This document shows positions 55,879-64,000 of a stretch of 64,000 nucleotides of DNA, in pieces. The DNA comes from Verrucomicrobiia bacterium. GTDB lineage: Bacteria > Verrucomicrobiota > Verrucomicrobiia > JAWXBN01. Positions within the stretch are counted from its first letter, which is position 1. The number at the start of each line of letters is the position of its first letter. The notes under the pieces are model-generated. The model was given only the letters and a program-made list of their open reading frames with translations, searched no databases and was not told the origin of the DNA. The stretch covers positions 13,634 to 77,633 of the forward strand of contig JANRIZ010000008.1 in the NCBI GenBank assembly GCA_033764445.1, given 5' to 3'. Both the position numbers and the translations under genes were made by a program.

Positions 55879-58476
55879 ATGAATATCAAACAGAAATCGG
55901 TCCTGATCATGCTCTCCATCTGGGGGCTGTTGGGGATTCTGCTGCTGGTTTTTGTCTTCGGCTATCTGCTGCCGGCCTTTGAAAAACTTGAGCTGGATAA
56001 TGCCAGCAAAACCACCCTCCGCCTGCGTGCCTCGGTTCTGGAGGCGCAGGAAAAATTCGCCCTGGAAATGGTCGAATGGGCCGGACGCAACAACCTCCCC
56101 GATCCTCCCGGCAGGCAAAGGGGGCCCGAATCCTTGTCCCCCCCGGTCACCCCCCTCTTCGCGGTGGCCTCTCTCGGCCAGGACGGGAAAATCCTGTCGC
56201 TGCTGCCGGTTCCCGGATCAAATGCCAAGGCCGGGACCGAGCTCGATTCCTATCTCAAAAAAAATGCCGCAGGACTTGCAAAACGGCAGGGTTCCAATCC
56301 TTTGAACGGTCTTTTGAAAATCCAGAACAAACCTCTGCTGGCCACTTTTCTGCCTCTGCAAACGGGAACCGATCCGAAATCCCCCGCAAAATTTCTCCTC
56401 GCCCTCAGGGAGGTGGACGCCAGCACCCTGCAACAATGGGAGGACCGTGTCCAGTCTCCGATCCGTCTCATGCACGCGGGTCTTTTCAGCGCTCTGCCCC
56501 CGGGCCGGGGCGGGCGGAACAATCCCTCCTCCCCCGAAATGAATATCCTGGTCAAGGATGGTTCCTTCATTGAGGGGATGATCAGCATTCCGGACCCCTT
56601 TGGTGACCCTGTGTTTACGGGGTCGGTCACGATGGCACGGGATTTCCGGATGAAAATGATCGAAATCATTGTCTTCTTCCTGATCAACCTCGGGCTGACC
56701 GGGGCGGGGCTGTGGATTCTGGGCCATCTGCTTCTGAATTATTTTGTGATCGAACGCGTTCAAAGGCTCCGTGCGGCGGTCTCCTCCATCAATGCCCCGG
56801 CCATCCAATCCCACGCCCCGCTCCCGGAATTGCCTGGGGACGAAATCGGTCAGTTGGGCGCCCAAATCAACCGGCTGCTGGGCGACCTCCAAAAGGCGGA
56901 TGAGGAAATCCGTCTCAACCGCGAACAATTGCTCGAACTGGCGGCCCTGGTCGAGGAATCCTCCATCGCCATTCTCATCTGTGGCGCCGACCGCCATATC
57001 CAATACGCCAACCGCGAGGCGGAAATCCTCTTTTCGCAGACGGGCAGCAGTCCCCTGCGTTGTACGCTCGATTCCCTCCACCTCAATCCGGATCAGGGTC
57101 AGCCCCCGCTCGAAGCGGTCTGGCAGGAGGCCATCGACGAGGGTTTCTGGTCGGGGCACCTGATCGTTCAGAATCGGGAGGCCCATCTGTGCAATCTCAA
57201 GACAAGTATCTGCGCCATTTCCGGAACATCCGGGGGACGGGACCGCTACGCGCTCTTCTGTCTGGATGTCACCAATGAAATCCGTCTGCAAAACCAGCTC
57301 CGCCAGTCGCAAAAAATGGAGGCGGTGGGCAAACTCGCGGGGGGCATCGCCCACGACTACAACAATCTTCTGTTCATCATCCGTGGACATGCCCAAATGG
57401 CCCTCGAGGCCTCCACCCCGGGCAGTCCTTCGGCCTCCTATCTGCTGAATATTCTGGAGGCCTCCGACAAGGCGGGGGCGATCACCCAGCAGCTCCTGTC
57501 CTTCAGCCGCAAAACCCCGGCCTCCCGCCATGTCCTGGATATCGCCGCCGCCGCCGCCAATCTCTCCAATATGGTCTCCCGCATCGCAGGGCCCGGCGTC
57601 AGAATCCAGTTTCTTCCGCCACCCTCCGTCCTGGCGGTCCGGGCGGACCGGGTCCAGATCGACCAGTTGCTCATGAATCTCCTGCTCAATGCCCGCGATG
57701 CGATCGGTGACCATGAGGGTCTCATCCGGGTCGGGGTCTCCTCCCGCTCGATTGATGAAATGCCGCCCGATCCGGAAAAACCCTACTCCTCCCCCCGCTA
57801 CGTCCTCCTCTCGGTCAACGACGACGGCTGTGGCATGGATCAGAACCAGATCGAACATCTTTTCGAGCCCTTCTACACAACAAAGGCCAAGGGCAAGGGG
57901 ACGGGGCTGGGCCTGGCCACGGTCTATGGCATTGTGACCAATCACGAGGGTCTGATCCGGGTCAGCAGCAAACCGGGTCAGGGCTCGACCTTTGAGGTTT
58001 TTCTCCCCCAATCCGATGATCCGGTCGAACCGGTCGAACCGCCCCCCCCGGTCCTCAGGGACAAGATCCCCGGCACCCTGCTGCTCTTTGAGGATGAAAC
58101 CATGAGCCGGATCCTGCTGCAGGGCTTTTTTGAACAGTCCGGCTTGAAGGTCTTCGCCGCAGGCAGCGGGGAGGAGGGGATCGATCTCTTCAACGGACAT
58201 CGTGAGGAAATCGATCTGGTCCTCATGGACGTGATTCTTCCGGGGAAAAACGGTTTTGAAACGGCGGAGATACTCCTGCAATCCCGTCCGACGCTGCCGC
58301 TGATTTTTATGAGTGGTCATACGGGGGAGAACTTTCCCCCGGCCTTCCGCCGTTTTACGCTGGTCAAGAAGCCCTTCGACCTGAACTTCCTGCTGGAAAA
58401 AATCCGGGGTCTCCTGACCGAACTCCGCGCCCAGACCCAGACCATCGAGCAAGGCCCAACGGGCTGCCACAGGTGA
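55879..58476 (+). CDS. hybrid sensor histidine kinase (two TM helices, periplasmic domain, HAMP, PAS, HisKA, HATPase and C-terminal REC)
   Basis: H-box GGIAHDYNNLL; G-boxes ...GTGLGLATV...; C-terminal REC DLVLMDVILPGKNG. Confidence 0.85.
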   Translation: MNIKQKSVLIMLSIWGLLGILLLVFVFGYLLPAFEKLELDNASKTTLRLRASVLEAQEKFALEMVEWAGRNNLPDPPGRQRGPESLSPPVTPLFAVASLGQDGKILSLLPVPGSNAKAGTELDSYLKKNAAGLAKRQGSNPLNGLLKIQNKPLLATFLPLQTGTDPKSPAKFLLALREVDASTLQQWEDRVQSPIRLMHAGLFSALPPGRGGRNNPSSPEMNILVKDGSFIEGMISIPDPFGDPVFTGSVTMARDFRMKMIEIIVFFLINLGLTGAGLWILGHLLLNYFVIERVQRLRAAVSSINAPAIQSHAPLPELPGDEIGQLGAQINRLLGDLQKADEEIRLNREQLLELAALVEESSIAILICGADRHIQYANREAEILFSQTGSSPLRCTLDSLHLNPDQGQPPLEAVWQEAIDEGFWSGHLIVQNREAHLCNLKTSICAISGTSGGRDRYALFCLDVTNEIRLQNQLRQSQKMEAVGKLAGGIAHDYNNLLFIIRGHAQMALEASTPGSPSASYLLNILEASDKAGAITQQLLSFSRKTPASRHVLDIAAAAANLSNMVSRIAGPGVRIQFLPPPSVLAVRADRVQIDQLLMNLLLNARDAIGDHEGLIRVGVSSRSIDEMPPDPEKPYSSPRYVLLSVNDDGCGMDQNQIEHLFEPFYTTKAKGKGTGLGLATVYGIVTNHEGLIRVSSKPGQGSTFEVFLPQSDDPVEPVEPPPPVLRDKIPGTLLLFEDETMSRILLQGFFEQSGLKVFAAGSGEEGIDLFNGHREEIDLVLMDVILPGKNGFETAEILLQSRPTLPLIFMSGHTGENFPPAFRRFTLVKKPFDLNFLLEKIRGLLTELRAQTQTIEQGPTGCHR

Positions 58477-58516
58477 ATCCGGTGGCAGCACCCCCCTCAC
58501 GAAACCCAACGGGCCG

Positions 58517-58669
58517 CCGCATTCTGGCCGCCCCGATCAATCCAGGGTAAACTTCAAGGCGCAAAACACACAAAAGGGGGATTTTTTCAGAACTGACCGG
58601 GGAGCGCACGCGCCCCCGCGTGCATCAGGAGGCGCCCCCGCCTCCGCTCTGGGCGGCCCAACGGGCCGC
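58517..58669 (+). repeat. ~155-bp repeated extragenic element, copy B
   Basis: ~90% identical to 50710..50861, same orientation; an extra cccaacgggc motif lies at 58456 and 58505. Confidence 0.8.
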
Positions 58670-58769
58670 GGGGCTTCCCGAAATGCCTCCTGCCCCGGGC
58701 TTCTCTTAAGGGGACCTTTCTGTCCCTGTGCGGATCGTCCCCATGCACCAACACGTTGTTTGAAATGCC

Positions 58770-59387
58770 CTAATTCATCTGTTTCAAGGCCAGACGGACG
58801 AGGTCCTCGACCCCGGCCTTCGCATTTTTCGGATCGGATATCAGGGTGCGCACACATTGGTGGGATTCCAAGGGTTTGTACCCAAGCGCCCCCAAAGCCA
58901 GAACGGCGTCATTGAGGCGCGCCTCGCCCAAATCCACGGCAGCGGTTCCGGAGGACACGGGAGAAGAAGCCCCCGTGGGGAGATCACCCAACTTGTCCCG
59001 GAGCTCAACCACGATCCGTTCGGCGGTCTTCTTGCCCACCCCGGGTATGGCCGAAAGCAGCTTCACATCTCCTGCAGAAACAGCCTGTGCGAATGTCCCC
59101 GCATTCATCCCGCTCAAAACAGCCATGGCGGTCTTGGGTCCAATGCCGGAGACCTTTTCAATGAGCATCCGGAACAGCGACCGCTCCTGTAATGTCGCAA
59201 ATCCAAAAAGCAGATGGGCATCCTCCCGGATGACCAGCTCCGTATGCAAAAAAACCTCGGTCTCGGGCGCGGGCAATTTGCCGAAGGAAGACAATGGAAT
59301 GGCGACCTGATAGCCCACACCCCCCACATCCACCACCGCATGGGTCGGATGGGCCTCCACCAGTTTGCCGCGAAGAAAGGTAATCAC
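58770..59387 (-). CDS. ruvA: Holliday junction DNA helicase RuvA
   Basis: Trimmed to the GTG at 59387 (VITFLRGKLVEAHPTHAVVDVGGVGYQV..., canonical RuvA N-terminus); ~206 aa. Confidence 0.85.
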   Translation of the reverse strand: MITFLRGKLVEAHPTHAVVDVGGVGYQVAIPLSSFGKLPAPETEVFLHTELVIREDAHLLFGFATLQERSLFRMLIEKVSGIGPKTAMAVLSGMNAGTFAQAVSAGDVKLLSAIPGVGKKTAERIVVELRDKLGDLPTGASSPVSSGTAAVDLGEARLNDAVLALGALGYKPLESHQCVRTLISDPKNAKAGVEDLVRLALKQMN

Positions 59388-59606
59388 GGAGGGAAGTGAA
59401 CAGTCAACAGTCAACAGTGAACAGCCTAAAATGCATTTGCCGGTCCGTTGGGCGTTGAGCGTGGGGAAACCGGTTGCCGGTTCTCGGTGTCTCAAAAATG
59501 AATCCGTGTGATCCGTGATATCCGCGGTTGAAAAATCCGCCCTGCTCTGCGACATCTGCGGAAATTTAAACTGTTCACTGTCGACTGTTCACTGTTCACT
59601 TCTTCC

Positions 59607-60104
59607 ATGGTCATCCTTGGCATCGACCCCTCTCTGCGCAGCACGGGTTTCGGCATCATTACCGGACAGGGCCAAAAGTGGTCCTGCCCGGCCTATGGCG
59701 TCATCAAAAATCCCGCCGCCCTCCGGCTCTCGGCCTGCCTGGCACGGATATCCGAAGCGATTGAAAGGGTGATTATCGAATTCAAACCGAATGTATTGGC
59801 GACCGAGGGGATTTTTTTTCTTCAAAACCAAAAAATCGCCATCACTCTCGGCCATGCCCGGGGAGCTGCCATTGCCGTCGCCGCCCGAACAGGGATGCCC
59901 ATATTTGAATATGCCCCGCGCCGGATCAAACAATCGGTGGTCGGTTTTGGCGGCGCGGGAAAAAACCAGGTGGCGGCCATGATCCGCCCTGTGCTGGGCC
60001 TGAAGGAACTCCCGCCACCCGACGCCGCCGACGCCCTGGCCATCGCCCTGACCCATGCCAATCAAATCCTGGGGATCCAAACCGGGAAATCCGCGGAAAT
60101 TTAG
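59607..60104 (+). CDS. ruvC: crossover junction endodeoxyribonuclease RuvC
   Basis: MVILGIDPSLRSTGFGII... with the RuvC catalytic Asp/Glu pattern; 165 aa. Confidence 0.9.
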   Translation: MVILGIDPSLRSTGFGIITGQGQKWSCPAYGVIKNPAALRLSACLARISEAIERVIIEFKPNVLATEGIFFLQNQKIAITLGHARGAAIAVAARTGMPIFEYAPRRIKQSVVGFGGAGKNQVAAMIRPVLGLKELPPPDAADALAIALTHANQILGIQTGKSAEI

Positions 60105-60141
60105 ACTGTTCACCGCCGACTCTTCCGGGTTCACTTCCCCC

Positions 60142-60603
60142 ATGCTTACCGCCAACGAGGAAATCATCCCCGATGCCAAGGGTCTTCGTTTTGCCATCAT
60201 CGCCAGTCTCTACAACCGACCCTACACGGATGGGCTCCTGTTCGCCGCGGAGGAGGTCTTTGTCAAAGCCCACGCACGCCACGTCAAAATCGTCCGTGTC
60301 CCGGGCAGTTTTGAAATCCCGGTGGCGGCGGCAAAATGCGCCCGGAGCGGAAAATTCGACGCCGTGATCAATCTGGGGGTCATCTTTGTGGGACAGACCC
60401 TGCACGCCGACCATATCGGTCTGGGCATTACCCTGGGTCTGACCCATCTTGCGGTGGAAACGGGCATCCCGCAGATTCACGAGGTGCTGATCGTCAAAAC
60501 CCCGGCCGAGGCCCGGAAACGCTGTCTGAATCCCAAATACAACAAGGGCACGGAGGCGGCCCTGGCGGCGGTGCAGATCGCCGGGACCCTGAAAAAAATC
60601 TAG
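60142..60603 (+). CDS. ribH: 6,7-dimethyl-8-ribityllumazine synthase
   Basis: Trimmed to MLTANEE...; ...RFAIIASLYNRPYTDGLL...VPGSFEIP... lumazine synthase signature. Confidence 0.85.
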   Translation: MLTANEEIIPDAKGLRFAIIASLYNRPYTDGLLFAAEEVFVKAHARHVKIVRVPGSFEIPVAAAKCARSGKFDAVINLGVIFVGQTLHADHIGLGITLGLTHLAVETGIPQIHEVLIVKTPAEARKRCLNPKYNKGTEAALAAVQIAGTLKKI

Positions 60604-60989
60604 GTTTGATTTCCGTGGGGCCGCGTGAGGGGCAGTTCCTTCTCCTTCCACTCCCGAAATCCACCGAGCAGGCTCAGGACATGGGCATATCCCATCTTTT
60701 GGAGGCTCTCACAGACCAGCGCCGAACGGTATCCCCCCCCGCAGTAACACACAATCAGCGTCTGCGGATCGGGAACCTTTCCCTCAATGTCCCGCTCCAT
60801 GACCCCCTTGCCGATATGGAGGGCCCCAGGCAGATGGCTGGCTTCCCATTCCCGGTCCTCCCGCACATCTATCAGCACATGCTCCCGGCCCACTTCCCGC
60901 ATCTGAAGGTAATCCTCAATGCTGATTTCCCGAATGTGTTTTCGGGCCTCCTCCACCATCTTTAGAAATCCGGGATGATGCTTCATCAC
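60600..60989 (-). CDS. single-domain rhodanese-like sulfurtransferase
   Basis: Active-site loop CYCGGGYRS. Confidence 0.75.
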   Translation of the reverse strand: MMKHHPGFLKMVEEARKHIREISIEDYLQMREVGREHVLIDVREDREWEASHLPGALHIGKGVMERDIEGKVPDPQTLIVCYCGGGYRSALVCESLQKMGYAHVLSLLGGFREWKEKELPLTRPHGNQT

Positions 60990-61083
60990 ACCCCCGATCC
61001 TACCACGGCAAACGCCGGTTCGTCACGACCGAAGACGCCCCGGCCACGCCACGCCGTCAGGGATCGGCTCCGGTTGAACCCGC

Positions 61084-61785
61084 TCATTTTTTCAGGTCGA
61101 CCCCCTTCTCGACGGCCTTCCTTTTCAAATCCGCCACGCGGGCGGTATCCTTGGAAAAAAGAATCAGTCCGTCAATGACCAGCAGGGTGGTGTCCCGTCG
61201 GGCAAGCACCTGTTCATCCTTCAGGTCCTTGAGAACCGCCGCAAAAACGGTGGCAGACTCGGCATCCTTCGGATGGTCCAATGCATAGGCCATGAGGCTG
61301 TTGGCAATGTCAATGTCCCGGTCCTTGTGGGCCAGCAATTCGGGCATCAACTTCCTGAAGCCGGCCTTGTCCCCGGTGGAAAACAGAACCACCCCCTTCA
61401 TCTTCAGCGAATCCAAATCACCCAGCTTCCAGCCAAGGGTATAGGCCTGCACGGCCCCTTCCACTTTCCCCAGGCTCATCTGCACGGCCCCATACCCCCG
61501 CATGGCCCGGGCATTGTCGGGTTTGACGGCGAGATATTTTTGAAAAAGCCTTTCAGACTCCTCCAGTCTGCCTGACATCGCATATGCAACGGCCACCGGC
61601 CACAACTCCGCATCCGGGACCCGACCCGGCGTTTTTTCGTACGTTTCAATCTGTTGCCCGACCAGGGTCTTGTCCTTGTTCAGCTGATCCACGATCTTCG
61701 CCTGCTGGGCCTCATCCAAGGCCCGCAGGGACAACCCGGGCAAAAGCAGCAGCAGTAGTAAGATCAGGCTTTTTTTCATGGTCAC
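61084..61785 (-). CDS. secreted TPR-like repeat protein
   Basis: Signal peptide MTMKKSLILLLLLLLPGLSLRA; helical repeats with A/G/Y periodicity. Confidence 0.5.
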   Translation of the reverse strand: MTMKKSLILLLLLLLPGLSLRALDEAQQAKIVDQLNKDKTLVGQQIETYEKTPGRVPDAELWPVAVAYAMSGRLEESERLFQKYLAVKPDNARAMRGYGAVQMSLGKVEGAVQAYTLGWKLGDLDSLKMKGVVLFSTGDKAGFRKLMPELLAHKDRDIDIANSLMAYALDHPKDAESATVFAAVLKDLKDEQVLARRDTTLLVIDGLILFSKDTARVADLKRKAVEKGVDLKK

Positions 61786-62549
61786 TCCCTCAATTCAATG
61801 GAAACGGGACAATGGTCGGAACCCTTCACCCCGGGATGAATCTCGCACGCCACGGTCCGCGGGGCGAGATCGGCACTGACGTTTGTATAGTCGATCCGCC
61901 ACCCGATGTTCCGCGCCCGGGCCCCGGCACGGAAGGTCCACCAGGTGTACTGGTGCGGTTTGTCCCCGTGCAGATGGCGGAACGCATCCACATACCCTCC
62001 CTCAAGAAACCCCGTGTACCAGGCCCGTTCCTCAGGCAGATACCCGGCGTTCCGTTCATTTTCCCTGGGCCGCGCCAGATCGATTTCCCGGTGCGCAATG
62101 TTGTAATCCCCGCACAACATGATCTGGTTTCCCTTTTTTCTCAGGGCCGCACAGTACCGGTACAGGGCCTCGCAAAATCCGATCTTATAATCGAGCCTGG
62201 CCCCGCCCTCCTGGGAATTGGGAAAATAGGCCCCGATCAGCGCCAGTTTCCCGTAAAAGAGGGTGATCGACCGCCCCTCGGCATCATACTCCGCGACTCC
62301 CATGCCTTTCTGAATCTCATCGGGCTCCTTTTTGAAATAGGCGGCCACCGAACTGTACCCCTTCTTCTGGGCCGAAAACCATTCGCTCCCATACCCGGGC
62401 GGATGGGAAAGAGCCGGATCAAGCTGGTCGGGCTGGATTTTGGTCTCCTGCAGAAACACCACGTCCGCCCGGGACTCCCCCAGCCAGTCCAAAAATCCCT
62501 TCTCCCGGGCGGCCCGGATTCCGTTCACGTTCCATGTGTATATTTTCAT
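61782..62549 (-). CDS. xth: exodeoxyribonuclease III
   Basis: Trimmed to MKIYTWNVNGIRAA...; EEP-family motifs ...DVVFLQETK..., ...GSDHCPV. Confidence 0.85.
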   Translation of the reverse strand: MKIYTWNVNGIRAAREKGFLDWLGESRADVVFLQETKIQPDQLDPALSHPPGYGSEWFSAQKKGYSSVAAYFKKEPDEIQKGMGVAEYDAEGRSITLFYGKLALIGAYFPNSQEGGARLDYKIGFCEALYRYCAALRKKGNQIMLCGDYNIAHREIDLARPRENERNAGYLPEERAWYTGFLEGGYVDAFRHLHGDKPHQYTWWTFRAGARARNIGWRIDYTNVSADLAPRTVACEIHPGVKGSDHCPVSIELRE

Positions 62550-62625
62550 CGTTTTTTTGCCTCGCGGAATCCCCCGATGGAATCGGCGACCCGCCACGAC
62601 TCCGCCACCAACGGACGGGGGAAAA

Positions 62626-63591
62626 TCACAACATCCTCCGGCCCTCGCCCGCATTGACGGTTTCGGAAATGATCACCCTCGGGCGGAACTTCGAATCGTC
62701 AAAGATGCGGCTGAGGTACTCACCGATGATTCCCAGAAAAATAAATGTCAGACTGTGCAAAAACAGCGTCAGGACCACCTGCGTGGTAAAACCGCGCACA
62801 TCCACCCCAAAAAAGAAGGCGGCAATGAGGTAATAAAATCCCAGCCCGGCGGTCAGGACGAAAAACAGCACGCCCAGCAAGCCGATCAGCCGGAGCGGAA
62901 ACTTTGAAAACGCGGTCACGGCATCGATGGCCAGCACGATGTAATGAAACAGACGGAATTTGCTCTTTCCGGCCAGACGCGGATTCCTGTCATAGGGAAG
63001 TCCGATCTGGCGGAACCCGACAAACGACACCAGCCCGCGAAGATACAGGTTCCGTTCGGGCAGTTCCCGGAGCACCTCCACCACCTTGCGGTCCAGCAAC
63101 CGGAAATCCCCGGCGTCATTGGGAATGGGCCGCTCCACCATGGAATTGAGGAAACGGTAAAAAATGTAGATGGGCAGCTTCAACAGGGGGGAGGTATGCC
63201 GTTTCCGGCGCACCCCGTACACCACCTCGTAGCCCGCCTCCCACTGCTTCACAAACTCCGGGATGACCTCCGGGGGATCCTCCAGGTCGGCATCCACTTC
63301 CACCACGGCATCCCCACCGGCCAGACACAAGCCCGCAAAGACCGAATTCTGGTATCCGAAATTGCGCGAAAAACGGAAGGCCCGGAGATGGGGCCGAGCC
63401 TCGGCCATCTGTTTGACGGTTTCCCACGTCTGGTCCGTCGAGGCATTGTCGGTCACAACCAGCTCCAGCGTGTAGCCGGGCAGCTTCTCCCGAAAAACCC
63501 GTTCAATGGTTTCCACGGCCATCCGAATGTTTTCCGATTCGTTGTAGACGGGAATGCAGACGGATATATGTCTTGAAGTCACAGCGGGCAT
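62626..63591 (-). CDS. GT2 polyprenyl-phosphate glycosyltransferase (DPM1/ArnC-like) with C-terminal TM helices
   Basis: Trimmed to MPAVTSRHISVCIPVYNE; DxD-type motif DADLED; two C-terminal TM helices. Confidence 0.75.
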   Translation of the reverse strand: MPAVTSRHISVCIPVYNESENIRMAVETIERVFREKLPGYTLELVVTDNASTDQTWETVKQMAEARPHLRAFRFSRNFGYQNSVFAGLCLAGGDAVVEVDADLEDPPEVIPEFVKQWEAGYEVVYGVRRKRHTSPLLKLPIYIFYRFLNSMVERPIPNDAGDFRLLDRKVVEVLRELPERNLYLRGLVSFVGFRQIGLPYDRNPRLAGKSKFRLFHYIVLAIDAVTAFSKFPLRLIGLLGVLFFVLTAGLGFYYLIAAFFFGVDVRGFTTQVVLTLFLHSLTFIFLGIIGEYLSRIFDDSKFRPRVIISETVNAGEGRRML

Positions 63592-63663
63592 TGTCTTTAA
63601 ATGCACAAAGATTTCAACCACATAAAAAAGTGACCGGTCCTTTTTTCCAAACTCTCCTCCCAC

Positions 63664-64000
63664 GATGATCAAAAATCCCCGCCTCCTTTTTGCCGTTGTT
63701 TTGATCCTGGCGGCCCTCTGGTTCTACCTCCCCACGCTCCGGCCCGGCCACCTGATTCTCGGCGATGACACAATCTCCGGCTATTATTTCGTGGCCAAAA
63801 ACTTCCGGGATTCCGGCGCCCGCTGGACTCCGGAAATTCTCGCGGGATTCGATGCCCTGACCTTTTTCCCCACCCACTACCCGGCCTCGGTCCTTTTCAA
63901 AATCGCCCCGCCCGAAACGGCCCTGGCCCTGACGATTGTCCTCCACTTTTTTCTCGCCGCCATCGGCATGTATCTGCTTGTCCGCAGACTGGGGCTTTCC
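63664..64000 (+). CDS. integral membrane protein, partial (continues beyond window); possibly a GT-C/YfhO-like partner of the GT2
   Basis: Hand translation from ATG 63664: MIKNPRLLFAVVLILAALWFYLPTLRPGHLILGDDTISGYYF...; open to the window end with several hydrophobic helices. Confidence 0.45.

Noticed and set aside
56218-58509. 763-aa minus-strand ORF
   Set aside because: Fully antisense to the hybrid histidine kinase gene, which has clear kinase motifs; high-GC mirror-frame artefact.
59388-59606. Calling the heptamer cassette a canonical LexA box
   Set aside because: The repeats are direct (TGTTCAC x4), not the palindromic TGTTC-N4-GAACA or GTTC-N7-GTTC forms reported for LexA. Only the half-site is shared and a copy also precedes ribH, so an SOS assignment is left as a hypothesis only.

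Overview
The window splits into two parts with a composition shift at about 24-25 kb.

Part A (1 to ~24.3 kb, ~50% GC, genes almost all on the minus strand) is a conjugative plasmid-like backbone that appears integrated next to core chromosomal genes. It carries:
- a Fic/Doc toxin (HPFxDGNGR motif) running off the left edge of the window;
- a MOBP/Q-type relaxase (HHDTDNLHAHV motif) with a MobC-like accessory gene and a candidate oriT (9-bp inverted repeat followed by TATCCTG/T);
- an ArdC-like antirestriction protein, a Toprim primase-like protein and a RelE/ParE toxin-antitoxin pair;
- an SSB-like OB-fold protein;
- a Ti-order T4SS block: VirB2-like, VirB3-like, VirB4/TrbE, TrbJ, TrbL, TrbF, TrbG, TrbI;
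- a Rep initiator gene whose 3' end abuts seven ~22-bp iterons at 32/42-bp spacing plus two tandem DnaA boxes, i.e. a theta-type oriV.

No VirB11 or VirD4 gene lies in the window, so the element probably continues past the left edge.

Part B (~25 to 64 kb, ~60% GC) is ordinary chromosome. It holds a GT39-family glycosyltransferase, a sensor adenylate cyclase, an oppABCDF-like ABC transporter, accB-accC, ridA, nagZ, yfiH/pgeF, smc, adk, fmt, a PAP2 phosphatase, pdxA, an M23 peptidase, a PEP-CTERM protein, a minor-pilin operon (PilV/W/X-like) divergent from a LuxR-type response regulator plus hybrid histidine kinase, ruvA, ruvC, ribH, a rhodanese, xth and a GT2 glycosyltransferase.

Observations worth a second look:
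- a duplicated module (6.8-7.8 kb and 15.96-16.5 kb) with convergent overlapping ORFs conserved on both strands;
- a small ORF convergent with trbJ whose C-terminal tail mirrors TrbJ's;
- a ~0.9 kb AT-rich islet (43.5-44.4 kb) encoding two paralogous small proteins, translationally coupled to a degenerate receiver-like protein;
- a ~155-bp extragenic repeat in two ~90%-identical copies plus a short inverted fragment, bracketing the pilin and two-component region;
- a ~50-bp cassette with TGTTCAC heptamer repeats placed 7-8 nt upstream of the ruvA, ruvC and ribH start codons;
- a perfect 35-bp direct repeat that duplicates the start codon of the response regulator.

The PEP-CTERM protein, PilX_N-type minor pilin and weak Shine-Dalgarno usage suggest a Verrucomicrobia/PVC-like host; this is inference only.
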